A stretch of 58,417 nt of DNA, filler included, from Bipalium vagum (lineage: Eukaryota), in assembly GCA_037834085.1 (NCBI GenBank). It is 3 parts of 3 records of this genome, joined end to end, with 100 filler letters (N's around TTAATTAATTAA, not from the genome) between each part and the next. Parts side by side here need not be neighbours in the genome. Positions count along the whole stretch, not along the records: positions 1 to 16,619 come from JBBMKC010102423.1; positions 16,720 to 41,355 come from JBBMKC010199386.1; 1 more part is not named here. One strand, written 5' to 3'. The stretch's first letter is position 1, and every line of letters begins with the position of its first letter. Position numbers and translations under genes: made by a program. The notes under the pieces were generated by a model. It saw only the letters and a list, made by a program, of their open reading frames with translations, was not told the origin of the DNA and ran no database searches. Of this stretch, positions 14,408 through 27,700 are shown piece by piece.

Positions 14408-15801
14408 GTATTCATTCTTTTGTCTGTTGTGCTGTTCTAATAGAAGACTTTCATTATTCAAAAGATCCGTGATAGATTGCACATTTTGTCTGGATACCAT
14501 AATTTGTTTAAGTTATCATTACATTATCATTTCAAAACATTCTTTCAACAAATTGAATAAATGTTTAATACCCTTTAGGGAAGTTGGGATTGATAATCTT
14601 GACCTTGATAATCTTATAAACCAATTGAAAATGATTATAAGATTTCTCTAATAAAAGAAACTGTCAAAAAAAATTTGCCTACATAACGACAGTAGTTGGA
14701 ATTTAAAGACAAAAATATATTTTAAGATTAACTTACTGAGACAAAAAATAAATATTTTCGTTGTACTTAAGGGTAAAACCCCAGGAGGTCCATTAATGGT
14801 ATATAATTATATTGTAATATTAGAGTGATTTTAAAGCGGTCATTGAAATAGAAATACCAAAATGAATTTTTAAAAAAAAATACAAATATAAAAGAATATA
14901 TGAAATAATTAAAAAATAAAAAAGATTTTTACTTAATAAACATTAAATTAACAACACAAGCCCTCTGTGACAAAATTTTTTCAAAGGAAATATTGATATA
15001 TAAACGGGATGGGTTTGTCACTTTTCTGCAGTGATACTTATATAAATTTATGTAATTTGAAAATTGTTTTGATAAATATCACAACAACGGGGGTCACTAG
15101 GTACATGTACAGTAATTATTGTCTTAAGGAAACTTCATTTACGGAAACTAATCGCTTATCGAAACCACTATTATGGAAATTATTTGGTAAACTCATTTGT
15201 TTAAATATTGCTCTCTTGTGGAAACTTTTAAATTATTTTAATAAAAGTAAAGGCGTGTACCATCAAGGCCTGAATAAGGTAATCTGGATAATAATCTAAT
15301 TGCGTCAGTTAGGAACATAAGACTTAGAAAACTGAAATGACAACATACCAATCTCCAGCAGAAGGTCGAAATAATTATGGAATCTCTGTATTAACGAAAC
15401 GTATTCATTAACTCCCATGTGCTCGTCAAGGCAAATAAATACTTCGTGAAACCAAATGCAATTAGTTTTATTTATTAAATCAATGGTTTCCTGAAACAGT
15501 ATATGTAGTAATAATGATAATAATATTTATAAAACATTTTGCGAATGACTTAATATTGTTGAGACATTGGATTTGGGATAGTTTATCGACATCTGAAAAG
15601 AAATTATTAATGACTTCATCGGATTTCGTTAATTACAAACCGTTTTTCACAAAATAAAAATGACAGAATATCTTTTAAAAGAATATTTTAATTTTAATAA
15701 TTATTATGGATTCGATTTTTACCCTGGTTTGTGTGAAATGCACAAGGTACTTTTATAAATGAACCAATCTTCTTAAAAGTCACAGTATTTAATACAACGT
15801 A

Positions 15802-16260
15802 TTAGGCTGTAAAGATGTAAATTGCGGTTTTTATTTATCAAAAAAGAAACCATTACACTGTACTCATTTCTCCTAACGAGTCCAAAACTTATTTATACCG
15901 ATTCGATAAAAATCTGGAGTCCAAAATCTTCAAAGATTTTAATGACATCATCATCAATGGAGATTCCCTCGCTGAAGACCTTCTCCATATATGCTGTTCA
16001 GATTTCGAGCGGTTTAAGCAGCAACCGCTCATTTTGTAATCATAAAGGAATAATTTTTTAATTTTGATTCCGTTCATCTTGTTTTCAAATGCCTAAAAAT
16101 TTTTGATAATTTTTTTTTAAAAAATTTTTGTGGACTTACCTTTTTAAAAAATTTCGCTTTAAGATATAAACAAATTTAAATTGTAAAACCAAGTGTCATT
16201 TAACAATTCATAATGAAAAAAAGAAGTCATAAAAGCCGCCATTAATTTCTTTAGGTACGC
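15802..16260 (-). mobile_element. Internally deleted mariner (N-terminus joined to C-terminus)
   Basis: TIR TTAGGCTGTAAAGATGTAAATTGCGG at 15802; minus strand N-terminal KLFLYDYKM and C-terminal R*EK*VQCNGFFFDK* only ~200 nt apart; right boundary approximate. Confidence 0.7.
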
Positions 16261-16543
16261 ATCTTCAAACAATTGAATTAATCTCGGATGTCTGAGAACA
16301 AAAGTAAAAATAATGAAAAGAGTAAATGGAACTGTTTATAGTCATATTTCCACGAATGGATGTGGAAACAAATCAGTTGAAAAATAATAAATAATCTATA
16401 TTTTATTTAATAAATATTGATGTTTGGTTATATTTTTGATTTAAATTATTTTTTATGGATTAAAAAAAATCTTGAAAAAATTTGATGGGTTAAAAAAAAT
16501 ACTAAAAATATTTGGGTGAGAATAAATACATGATCCAACGTAT

Positions 16544-16619
16544 TATAATATAATATAATATAATATAATATAATATAATATAATATAATATAATATAATA
16601 TAATATAATATAATATAAT
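16544..16619. repeat. (TAATA)n pentanucleotide microsatellite
   Basis: Direct reading; runs into the gap. Confidence 0.95.
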
Positions 16620-16719
16620 NNNNNNNNNNNNNNNNNNNNNNNNNNNNNNNNNNNNNNNNNNNNTTAATTAATTAANNNNNNNNNNNNNNNNNNNNNNNNN
16701 NNNNNNNNNNNNNNNNNNN
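16620..16719. other. Artificial 100-nt contig linker N44-TTAATTAATTAA-N44
   Basis: 12-mer with stop codons in all six frames centred in Ns; identical layout at 41356-41455. Confidence 0.97.
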
Positions 16720-17747
16720 ATTATTAATATTCTTACTAATATTATTATTGATATTACTTTTTTATTATTACTTTAATGATTTTTATTATTATTATTAATT
16801 ATTAATAAACATTAATCAACATATGCACTATTATTTTTAACCATCATTCTTTGGACTTTTGAAATCGCTCCCAGAGGTCTCTTTCCTTACGAAATCTCGA
16901 CAATAACTTTTTAAAATTTTATTAATGGATTCAGTCAGGAATTTTGATACCCTTTTTATTTATGAATTTAACTTTGTTTTATTTTAAAAGGAATATATTT
17001 AGAATAGAAACTGTAGAAAACACGAACGTCGCTGTTCAACTATGTTTGAGAAATTAGAGAAAGAAAACAATTTATAAAAATAAAAAAAATATTTAATCAA
17101 TAAATTATTTGAAAAATGTTTTCATATTTTATTGTTAAAAAATCGATTTTAAGTGTTTCAATTTTTCAGGGTATAAAATATTTTTATTAATTATGTAAAT
17201 TTGTTAAAATATTTATATATTAACATTAATTTTTAAGACTGTTTAAAAATAATAAAATTTTCATAATATATTAAAATTTTTAAAGTTAAAAATCGATGGA
17301 AAGAAAATAAAATTTGGCAAAAATTTGAATTTGGCTTATTTGAAAAATTAATTTTCCAACAGGTTCTCTTTTAATTTTATCAAATAATTTTATACATGTT
17401 TTATATTTTTAAAAGAATATAAAAAATTCCAGGTTAATTTTAAAGTTAAATTGAAATTTATTAAAATATAATTATATTTTATTATTATTGATTATTATTT
17501 TATGTTGAAGAATTTCTTCACAATTTCCAAATTTAAATTCGTGGTAGCTAAAAAAATCAGGCTGAAATGAAAAATAAAGCAGACTTAATGAATTGTTTTA
17601 AACTCTGCTTAAGCAGGAATTAGAACTGGGGGATAAAAATTAATTTAGAAATTTATATTTCTTTTCAATTTTTTTTGTATATTTCTAAGATATGTTGACA
17701 TTTTACAATTAACATTGAGAGCATCTTTCTTAAAAATAAAAATAATA

Positions 17748-17753
<6 letters not shown>

Positions 17754-17799
<46 letters not shown>
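17754..17799. repeat. (AAT)n microsatellite
   Basis: Direct reading; explains the poly-N and poly-L ORFs. Confidence 0.95.
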
Positions 17800-17800
<1 letters not shown>

Positions 17801-20207
17801 AATGATAATAAATAAAATATTAATATTAATATTAATTATATTAGTAATAATAAAAAAAATAAATAAAAATAATAATAATAATAATAACATAATGAGTTAA
17901 ATTCAAATATTGAAAAAATTTCTGTTTAAATTAATACAAATTAAAAACAATACATCAAAAATATCCAGTTTTCGGCAAACCCAATACAGTCTCTGCAGAA
18001 TTATATTTACAGATTCTGTTGTCTATCAGATATGTTTAGCTCCATCAATAATTGCAAATATAAAGAGTAGTTTAAGGTGGGGACAGCGTACCCGAGCCAC
18101 TATCGGGAAATTGATTTCTCTAAATTTCTCTGCTCCACTGAACATCTGACAGTTTCCCTTAGGAGCCCGGGGTATTCACATTTCAAAACTTTCGTGAGAG
18201 TTTCTAAGGATATCGGCCATATCTTCTGACAAGCGATATTATCCATTTTTGTGGCCACCTGTTCGGCCAATTGAGTTCGATCTAGTTCCAAACAACTTGT
18301 CAACAATGGGATCACTTCAGTTACATTTCCAACTATGTAAATTAAGAGAAGCCATTCACTTTTGGTTACTCATCAACAGTATGAATTAATTAAGGGTTTT
18401 CGGGACTTGTTTTAACGTACTCATTCGGCATAACATTAATATACACTCGTCCAAGTCCAATAACGAGACAAGTGTTCGGAGTAGAACAATTCCTTCATTA
18501 TCATATAAACCTGACTTCTTTGAACAAATAATTAATTTTTGGGCCCTAGGCCCTACTTGTTAAAGCCAAATATTTGGTCGTGAATATGAATATTTGAATG
18601 AAAGATCGAACAAACATTGTGAAATCATCATTGTCTGACTTTCCGCAAAACATTGATGGAGATAAAACTATAGACATTCTGATACCAGACGTGTGCTAGA
18701 AAGTCACAGAATGTCGACTCATCGAAAGGTACTAAAAATAATACCAACCAAGCATGGGGGAATGATAGGAAAAGATTGTTATCATCACATTTCTTCACCA
18801 TATCTTTCATCTTTCGGACTATCTTCATTACCACTCTATGTGAATTCATTTCATTTATCTTCAGCATTTGATTCATCCGTTATATGATAATTAGCTCTCG
18901 TCATTCAAAGCCATTCGTATCACTTTAGTCATACTCCCCAGTTTGTGCTTATCATTCCCATCAGGGAATTTTGGCATTTCTTCACCGATTTTTCCCATTT
19001 TTCATAAGTATCCGTCTAATCGTTTAATATGTATTAGTTATTCATTATTCTTCTGACATCAAAATTATTGACTTTCTTTCAGAGACATTCATCGACCATT
19101 TATCAGAAATTTTTATAAGTCTTCAAACAGGTAAATGTCCTTCAGCTCATTTGATAGATTTTGTTTTTTAGTCATCAAGTATTCCTTACTCTTCTCAAAC
19201 ATCCTCACCAGTCCTCAGAAAGTCATTATTTAAATCATCACCAGCAGCCAGTTTATATATTATTTAAAGTAATTTTAAAGTAAAGCATCTTCTTTTTATT
19301 TTTGAAGAAAACACTTTAAATCTATATCCTATACCGTTGTCCTCGTAGAGAGGTTTTATGTAAGCCAGTAATGTTTCGGTAAGTAAGCTATGTATCATTA
19401 ATCGGCGAATGCTTTTAGTACTGTGGTGTAGCTGGTATAATTGGAATGATACGAGAAAAAACATAAACGTTGTCATAAATCACTGTTATACCAAATCGTG
19501 TCGTTTGAAAGACTGCCTAACCCTTGTACAATGTGAAAGAAGGTAAAATAAATCCACATAATTTTTACAGGTTTTATTTATTTTAAAAAACAACCAAGCA
19601 AACTGTTACAATTTTTATCATGTCCCAACCAAAATGAATATTTTTGCGTTGCTAACCAATGACGCTTCAATTATTACATCATTTTATAAATGATTTTTAT
19701 ACAAACAAGTAATGTTACATAAAATGTAGACAATAATGGACGTGACTCTTGAAATTGTTAATAATCACTATGACAAAACCACTCGTCAAATTTCAGCAAA
19801 ACCTCTGTAACCGATAAAGTTATAGTGAGCTCAAAATTCGAAGAATTGTTTATCTTTCTATTGGATAAAAGTATTGTAATAATAATAATAATAAAATGAT
19901 AATAAATAATAATATTAATAATAATAATAAAATTAGTAATATATAACAAAGCAATACTGAGAAATATGTTCTTTAAATTATTAACTTTGTAACTGTTGCT
20001 CTTAGATTAAAATTAATAATTGGAGTTTGGATTTACTAAATTTAGATCATTATTACTGCTGTTATGGATTTTGTAAGTTGCTCATTAAATTATTTTTATT
20101 AACACTAATAATTACTTAGTAGTACTAATTACTCATTGATAATTTTATTACAAATTAATTATTTTTAGATATTAACATTTTTTTATCATTATTTTAACAA
20201 TTTATTA

Positions 20208-21345
20208 TTGGGTTCGTGCATATGAAATATCGCTTTTTTATTGCATTTTTGAAAACCATTTTGAGATAAATGGAATCTTGCAATTAAATAAATAAATAGC
20301 ATATTAAAAAGGTCATGCATGATATTTGTTTTAATAATGTTATTGATTGCAGAACTAAAACTTTAGTCCATATTTAAATTTTGGTGAAGAAATAGATAAT
20401 GATGAAGCCAGGATTTTAATTCATTATGAGTTCCTACTTGGAAAATATGTCGTGACAGCAATTACGAATTTTCATAATGTATCGAGATGATGCAATTTCG
20501 GATGATTCAATTCTGGTTCGTAAAATTCCAATCCGGAAAATCAAGCCTTGAAGATGAACCAAGAAGTAGACCTGGGACAGTTCTTGCTATCAAAGCTTTG
20601 AAGGATTTAATTGTTCAAAAATCTTGCCAAATATTACACAAAATGTTTACCATACAAGAACTTTACGTCATCTTCATTCGATTTAAAGTTAGAAACATGA
20701 ATGCCACATGATCGGACTGAATCATTTGGAATTATGCTTAGGTATCTGAAAAAGAACAGAATAGGTTTTTTTCTTGACAGGATATTAAGATGTGATGAAA
20801 AATGGATCTTATCCATTATTCTTTTATCGCAGGTTAATATTCTGTGTGGGTTTTGGAACAAATTCTAGGAATTTACTTTTATCAAGATTGTGGCACGATC
20901 TTTTTTAGTTGTTGTTGGAGATTCATTTTTAATAATAAGAAGCTCCTGGTATCGGTTTGGTGAAGTGTTCGATATATTATTGCCAACTGAAAAAACAGTG
21001 AATTCATATAGTTACTGCGATTATTTGGACAAAATACAAGTAAAGCCTAAGAAACAGTGATCTGTATTGTGAAATCGTCATGAACCAATTCTGTTACTAA
21101 ATAATGCCAGGCATTATGTCTCGATGAAACTATTTGGAAACGTTCGGACATAAATTACAAACTTCTTCGTCATCTACCATTTTCGCTTAACTTAGCTCAA
21201 TAGGCTTTTCACCTATTCAAGCATCTGGTTCAATTTCTACAGGAATAAGATTTTACTAATTAGGAAGATATGAAAAATTTGGTCCAAAATTTCTTTAAAT
21301 CCGGAATAAACGCACTTACAAAGCGGTGGAAACATTTGAATTTTA
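20208..21345 (+). mobile_element. Near full-length decayed mariner element
   Basis: TIR TTGGGTTCGTGCATATGAAATATCGC; IHYEFLLG, QFWFVKFQSGKSSLEDEPRSRP, RILRCDEKWIL, LLNNARH, HLPFSLNLA..AFHLFKHL; many stops. Confidence 0.85.
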
Positions 21346-22317
21346 TTTTACATTTAATTGATTTAATTTTGCAAAGTGCGTGAAAAGGCTTTGTAAAGCC
21401 TACTTTCTTATTTTTATAATTCTTAACGTGTGTGAAATTGTATCTTATGTTCAAAAATATTAATAATTAATATTTGTGTTCAATTATTAAAGAATAAGAT
21501 AAAATAAATATATAAAATGTGAGGTTAAAATATTAATTAAAATATAACCCACGTGATTAATTATTATTATAAAAATAAAGCAACTTACTATAAAAAAAGG
21601 ATGTTGGAGTAAATTTACTAAATATACTAAGTTCTATGATATAAGTAATTACTAGAAATAGTAACCACTTACCCATAATTCTATTATTAGGAAGTAAGAC
21701 TTACCTGAAATAGAAACCACCCATACATGAATTTATTATTATTAAGTTAAAATGAGAAACTCTAGAATTTGGAAAACAGGAGTACATAAACTCTTGATTT
21801 TCACATTCAAAATGCCTTTAACAACTTAGAATATGATTTGATATCTAGTCAAATAAGCTTTTAAGACGCCGGTAATAATAAAAAAGTAAATAATTTGTAT
21901 TAATTCTAAAAGTGTTTAACCGATAGTGTTAAATAAATAATTAATTAACGTTTATTTAGTGATAGGAGTTAATTCTTCTCAACCCTAACTTTTTAATATT
22001 TTCTGATATTCTGTTTTCTTGGTAATGCAATTCTGCATCGCTCTATGCGACAGAATACGCATTTCTGTTAACAGGACTTCTTCGGCTATCATAAAGTTGT
22101 CGGTTTAACCAAGGGCATATCCCTTATAACCTTTTAACGTTTTAACCTCTTAAAATTTAACTTAAAGATCGCAAAAGGGTCAAGGGTAAAATAATTTTAA
22201 TAATATTAAATAAAAATAATAATTAATTAATAATTATAGTTAATTTTAAAGTTCATGATAATTATATTTTTCAGGATCTAATCTTGGTAATTGCAAAACG
22301 CGATAAAGTGTTGTATT

Positions 22318-22794
22318 CAGTCCTTTGCACAAACGATAACTCCGAAGTGTAAGGTCATTGTGAACAATTGACTGAAGACTTGAACGAGAAATTTGGAGAT
22401 TCTTTGCCATTTTATTCAAACTGACCCCATCATTTCTAGTGATTCGTTTTTTGATGATTGCACGATTTCTTCTTGTATTAACAGTTCTCGGTGGACCAAC
22501 TTTTTTCTTTTCCGCCACTGTACCCGATATTTTCCATTGTTTCAGGACGTTATAAACCAATGAAATCGAGCAACTACGCCTTGCTGCAATAGCAGAGGAT
22601 TTCATATTTGATTGGCTCAAATTAATTATGGCCTCTCGACACGAAGGAATTTTTACCATATTTGAAATATAAATAAAATTAATATAAAATCAATGTAAAG
22701 TATTATTTAAAATTTAAAACTAACTAATTATATGCAAAGAAATGACTTTAAACATATTTTTTTATTTTTACACGTACTTATCGGCCACCGAATA
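22318..22794 (-). mobile_element. Tc1-mariner (maT/DD37D-like) 5' fragment: paired HTH DNA-binding domain and TIR
   Basis: ORF 22246-22659 (REAIINL...SLVYNVLKQWKISGTV....GPPRTVNT...IKKRITRN...SLNKMAKNLQISRSS...IVHNDL.LRSY); TIR-like TATTCGGTGGCCGATAAGTACG at the right end; catalytic domain absent. Confidence 0.8.
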
Positions 22795-24669
22795 TTGTAA
22801 TTTTCTTTGATTTGCGCATACAAACTTTTTTATAGCTTCTGAACCTGAGATCCTCTTCTTTCTATTCTTCTGACGTAGGTTCTGAATTTTATTACTTTTT
22901 CCGACTTAGATAATTCTTGTACAGATTTTCTTAGACTTTTTCTTTTCTTTTTTTGTTTTGAAGAATTTCTGACCGAAATTTCGCCTTAGATCGCCAATCT
23001 ATACTTTTGAAAAGCCATTTCCTCCAATAGTCCACCAATGCTAAGATCTGTGTTATACTATCTCGACGACGAGATTAAGTTATTAAATTTTATATCATTA
23101 AATCTCGTGATAGTTCTGTTTATATTATATATTTTTTGTTTTAGTACGTTTGAATATTTAACCTTTTTCTACTGAGTGTTTCGAAATATAATTTTTCAAT
23201 ATTATTTTATGATGGAACCCTTTAATGAAGAAACATTCCTATTACATTATTATACTTTCATTTGTAGCTAAATTAAAACGGTTCTGAAGGAGACAAGAAG
23301 AATTCTCCAGCTTATGGTATAAGAAATATTTGAGACATAATAAAAAGTTAATGATTAAATATTAAAATTGTGAAGCTACCTAATAGTACTCTGTATTTTT
23401 ACAAGTAAATTTGATTGGCTGTTTATGTCTATCATTTTTAGTTGAATGAAATAGTGACCGAGGAAATGAGAAAGTGAAATAAGTGACGGTCAAATACAAA
23501 TTTGTTGTACATACTAGTGGAATTTCTTTTTTTCTGTATTATTACTACACCATGATTTTTTCTACCCCAACGAAATCGTGATGAAATTGGTGGACATAAG
23601 TTCACTAATTCAGTTCACAGTAACCTTAGAATAAGTCAGCTGCTTTTATTGCAAATTGCGTAATTTTATTTTGGATATTTCTCTCAAGATAATCCATTAA
23701 ATTTCTGTTTCAAAAATTTTCATTTTTTTCAAACAATCGTTTTTTTAATGATCAATAAAAATGTTTTAGCAGAAATAGAAATTTTAATTTGATGATTTCT
23801 TTTCAGACTGAATCTATAAGTGAAAATTGAAATTAACCGGAATATCCTATCCGACAATTGTCTCCTTTATTTACTCTTAATATTACAAAATTAAAGTGCC
23901 CATATAAAATGAGATTTTCAACAGTCTAGGGACGAGCAGCAAAAACGACTACGACCTCGCATGTGTACAATGAAATAAAAAAATAATATCCAAACTTGAT
24001 AATTCTTTGCTTCGACAAAAATGATACTTAGAACGTATATATTATAGTATAATTATACAAAGAACTGACTAATTCAAGAGGATTATACCATATTGTGACT
24101 AAGTGTTTCTGTAATATGAAAAGAAACTACAAGTATTATTATTTTCCCTAAGACCAAAATAAGTACATTTCTCTTAGAAATAACTGCCTTTAAGCGATGC
24201 ATCAAATCCTGATTCACCAGAAATCTTATGCACCAATCCGCAAATCTGTCTACAATTCTCATCAATTTGGGAAAGCCGTTACACAATAATTAATTTGAAC
24301 AATGAAACGTTTTCGATAACAGGAAAGGGTGAGCAGGAAATTGTCTTACGACACTGCCAATGGCAAATGTCTGTTTATTAATCAACTGTTACATCACCGT
24401 TGATGCCAATTACCGTACGGTTAATGGAAATATTTCCTTCTCAGATTTACAATGACGATGTTCCATGCTAACAAATCTATCAAATAATTGCTTGGGAAAA
24501 ATCCGATTTTCAGCGAAACCCAGGAAATGGTCGACATCAAACAAAGTGTACAAGAAAAACACGTTATTTATCCACCAATGAAAACGCGTTTCGAAACATT
24601 ATAATTAACGAATGAAAACGAGAAGTTTGTTTAAATGTATTCTTTGTTCTTTTCAAATTGTATGATTAA

Positions 24670-24718
24670 ATGAAGCTCCTGTTTATTGTGATTTTGGGAT
24701 TTTATCGTTCCTGTTTTG
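24670..24718 (+). CDS. DDR-like gene, first coding exon (signal peptide MKLLFIVILGFYRSCF-V)
   Basis: ATG at 24670, basic-hydrophobic signal-peptide pattern, canonical G|GTAAGT donor in phase 1 matching the phase-1 acceptor at 30028. Confidence 0.72.
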
Positions 24719-27700
24719 GTAAGTTTTACTGGTTTTTTAAATTTTAACTTGTCTTTTTCTTCACTTAAACATATTTGTTAGACATTTGATTTTGAAATCA
24801 CTTTCGATCATTTTTTTCGGTTTGAATGCAAAATGTATTAAAAAGTTGATAATAAATGATAAATTAATGTGCAACTTAAAGGAATTCATTAAATAAATCA
24901 CCATAATTTCGTGATAATAATCGTTTTTTGGCAATATGTTTTGTTTATTTATTTTATCGATTTAGAAATTTTTTCGTATTAAAATTACGCCTCTAAAGTT
25001 GAGTAATAAAATAAACATTGATTTTTATTTAGTTTTTCACATTATTTTAACATGATTAAATTTGTCTGTAGATAATTCATTGTCAAAAGAAAGGGTCGCT
25101 AGTTACTGGATTTTTTATCATTTACGTAATTAAAATCAATATTATATATTTTTTGTGTACTTTTCAGATAATTTAAAAAAATTTTACGTTAAAGTAACAT
25201 AATCCTAATCATATTTATATTTTTACGCATTTCATAGGCATTACTACTCATACTGTGACTTACATATTCATAAAAACTTTCTTTTAATAATAAAAAAATT
25301 GTTAAATCGATAAGAATTTGATACGAGGAACATTCTTGAGGCTTTCTGTAACAATAAATGAATCTGGAAGTAACAAATTAATTAATTAATGTTAAGTATT
25401 ATATTAATGTTTTAAAACAAAATATCGGCCTGCATTTTATCCGAATTTCACTCATTTTCCATTTATTGGAAGAAAGGCCTATTTTAATTAACTCATCTCA
25501 CTTAACCAGAAAATTACCATTGATTTAAAGTTCGTCGCTTTGGGAGTCTCAACGAGAGACGCTTTTCGACCTTGGTAATCAATTCCATCGTGAAATATGT
25601 ATTTGGAAACCACGTGTCTAGACAATGTCATAAATTGGTTTCTATTTATTTATCACTTCATGCCTTACGTTGTTTCTAAGAACTGCTTAAAGTGAATTTA
25701 TCGATTGATATTATTTATGTGATAATAAGTTTTTATTATTTACATCTTTTCATATGCCAAAGAAAGCATAGATTTTGATCACTGACAATTATATATACTT
25801 AATCGAAAGATCAGTGTCCAGGAATATTTTTCCGAGTGATTGAGAATCAAAGTAATAATTGTTCTTGATTTTCTCAATTGGTCAAAAGAATTATTATTAT
25901 TATTTAGACTTGGAATTTTAACACTCCAAATTTATTTACTTTAATATTGCATTATTTCATTAGGATTTTACTCAGATCTTAACGTTTTTATTTAATCCTT
26001 TTTAAACTTGCAAAAATCTAATTTTCTTAATAGATTAGTTTTCGATTTAATATAAGTGCTTTCAAGAATAGCACCTTCTCTTCACAACTATTTATATCTA
26101 TCATTAGTTTCGGTACTCACTGAGATTTATAGTATTAAATAAATATTAATTTTTTGTAATAATCCGTTACTTTATTGTCATAGATATTAATCATAAGAAA
26201 AGTTGAAGTAATCTCTTACATTATCTTTTAAGATATTGTAATCCTGCACATTGTTACACGGGTTTAGGCATGAAGTTTTGTCAATACACTCAAAATTCAC
26301 AGATTGTTCAATTTCTAGAGAGGTCTCGGTTCTTGCTTCTAAAAAATGTCTTGTTGAATGGCGTTGAAATTTTTAATTCGTTACATAGCAAATTTTTCTT
26401 TGAAAAAAAACAAATTTTCAGCTTTAAAACTTTGTTTTTTTCCTCTTTCGCTCATTAATATTTTAATCGTTGATGAATTTTGCCTGAATACCGTTTCTTG
26501 TGCAATTGGAAAAAAAATATTTCCAGGAAAAAAGAAATTATTTATTTCTTCACTAGTTTTTACAATCTTTTCGGTTTTAAATTTTTTAGCCAACCGATTT
26601 CTTAAGATAAATAATTTAACATTTGATTATTTTTTTCCACAAGTCTTTTTTATCCATTCACATTTAATGTTGCTATTGACACAACAGTAATTTATTTTTT
26701 ATCTGTTTGAACAATTTTTCAATTAATTAACCATTTCAATTAAATCTCGTAAACTGTTTACAGAACTGTCTCAAATTAATATTAATTAGACATTGTAATT
26801 AAATGTTTTATTTGTGATTAATAAATTTTTATGTTCCATCGTACACGATGATTTTATTTTCTGAAATCGGTTGATTATTAATTGTGTGTTATCCCATGGC
26901 TGGAAGGTTCAACGAATTGTTGTCTGATTCATTTGGAAAAAAGCAAAAGAAAATATTTATTTTTATATATTAATAAAATAAATTTTCATCGCGAAATGTT
27001 TGTCGCGAATAAATTGAAAAATATTCTGCAGACAAAAAATAATTATATTTAATGAATATTTTTCAGCTTGTTTACCTACCGAGCCTCTTTTACTCGTTTA
27101 TTGACTTTTTTATTAAATTAGTTGGTTAGCAGAATTCTTTATTGATTAATATGAAACTTGGGTGAGTGATAAAGCTTTTTAGAGTGATTTTAAATTAAAC
27201 ATGTTTAAATAATAAATAATATAATAAAAAATTGATATAAATATCTTAGAAAACTTTCTGCCAAGTAATGAAAAATATTAATACCCAATGAAAAAAATAT
27301 ATTCTACCGGTGATATTCATTAATTCTTGTACAGAAATAATTCTATCAGTTTTCCCGTAATGTGATAAATATCACAAATGATATCAAATAACTATTAAGA
27401 GGAATTTTTCCTATATTTTGTTTGAGTTCAAATTGTTAATTATTTTCCTTCTGCATAAGCTGGTATTTCTTGATGGAGAATCTTATTTCATTAGTTTTCA
27501 TCATTATAATAAACCGGCTTCAAAAAAATTATTGCCATTTAATCGTTTATAATAAAATAAGATGTTACAGACTTATTCTGTTCAAAATTAACCGTTTGGA
27601 ATAATACAGAAAAAGTAAAAAAAAATTATTCATCCAAATCAAAAAATTTTGTGTTTTATTTTTTTTGCCTAGTAAATTAAAGAGAAATAATTTCACTATG

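Noticed and set aside
16664-16675. Palindromic TTAATTAATTAA inside N runs (also 41400-41411)
   Set aside because: Identical 44+12+44 layout with six-frame stops; an assembly linker, not biology
17645-17900. Poly-Leu and poly-Asn ORFs
   Set aside because: Translations of an (AAT)n microsatellite
26270-26940. Overlapping ORFs and an RVRWN trace resembling the hAT TRWNS motif
   Set aside because: Too little motif support; the ORFs are low-complexity F/K/I-rich
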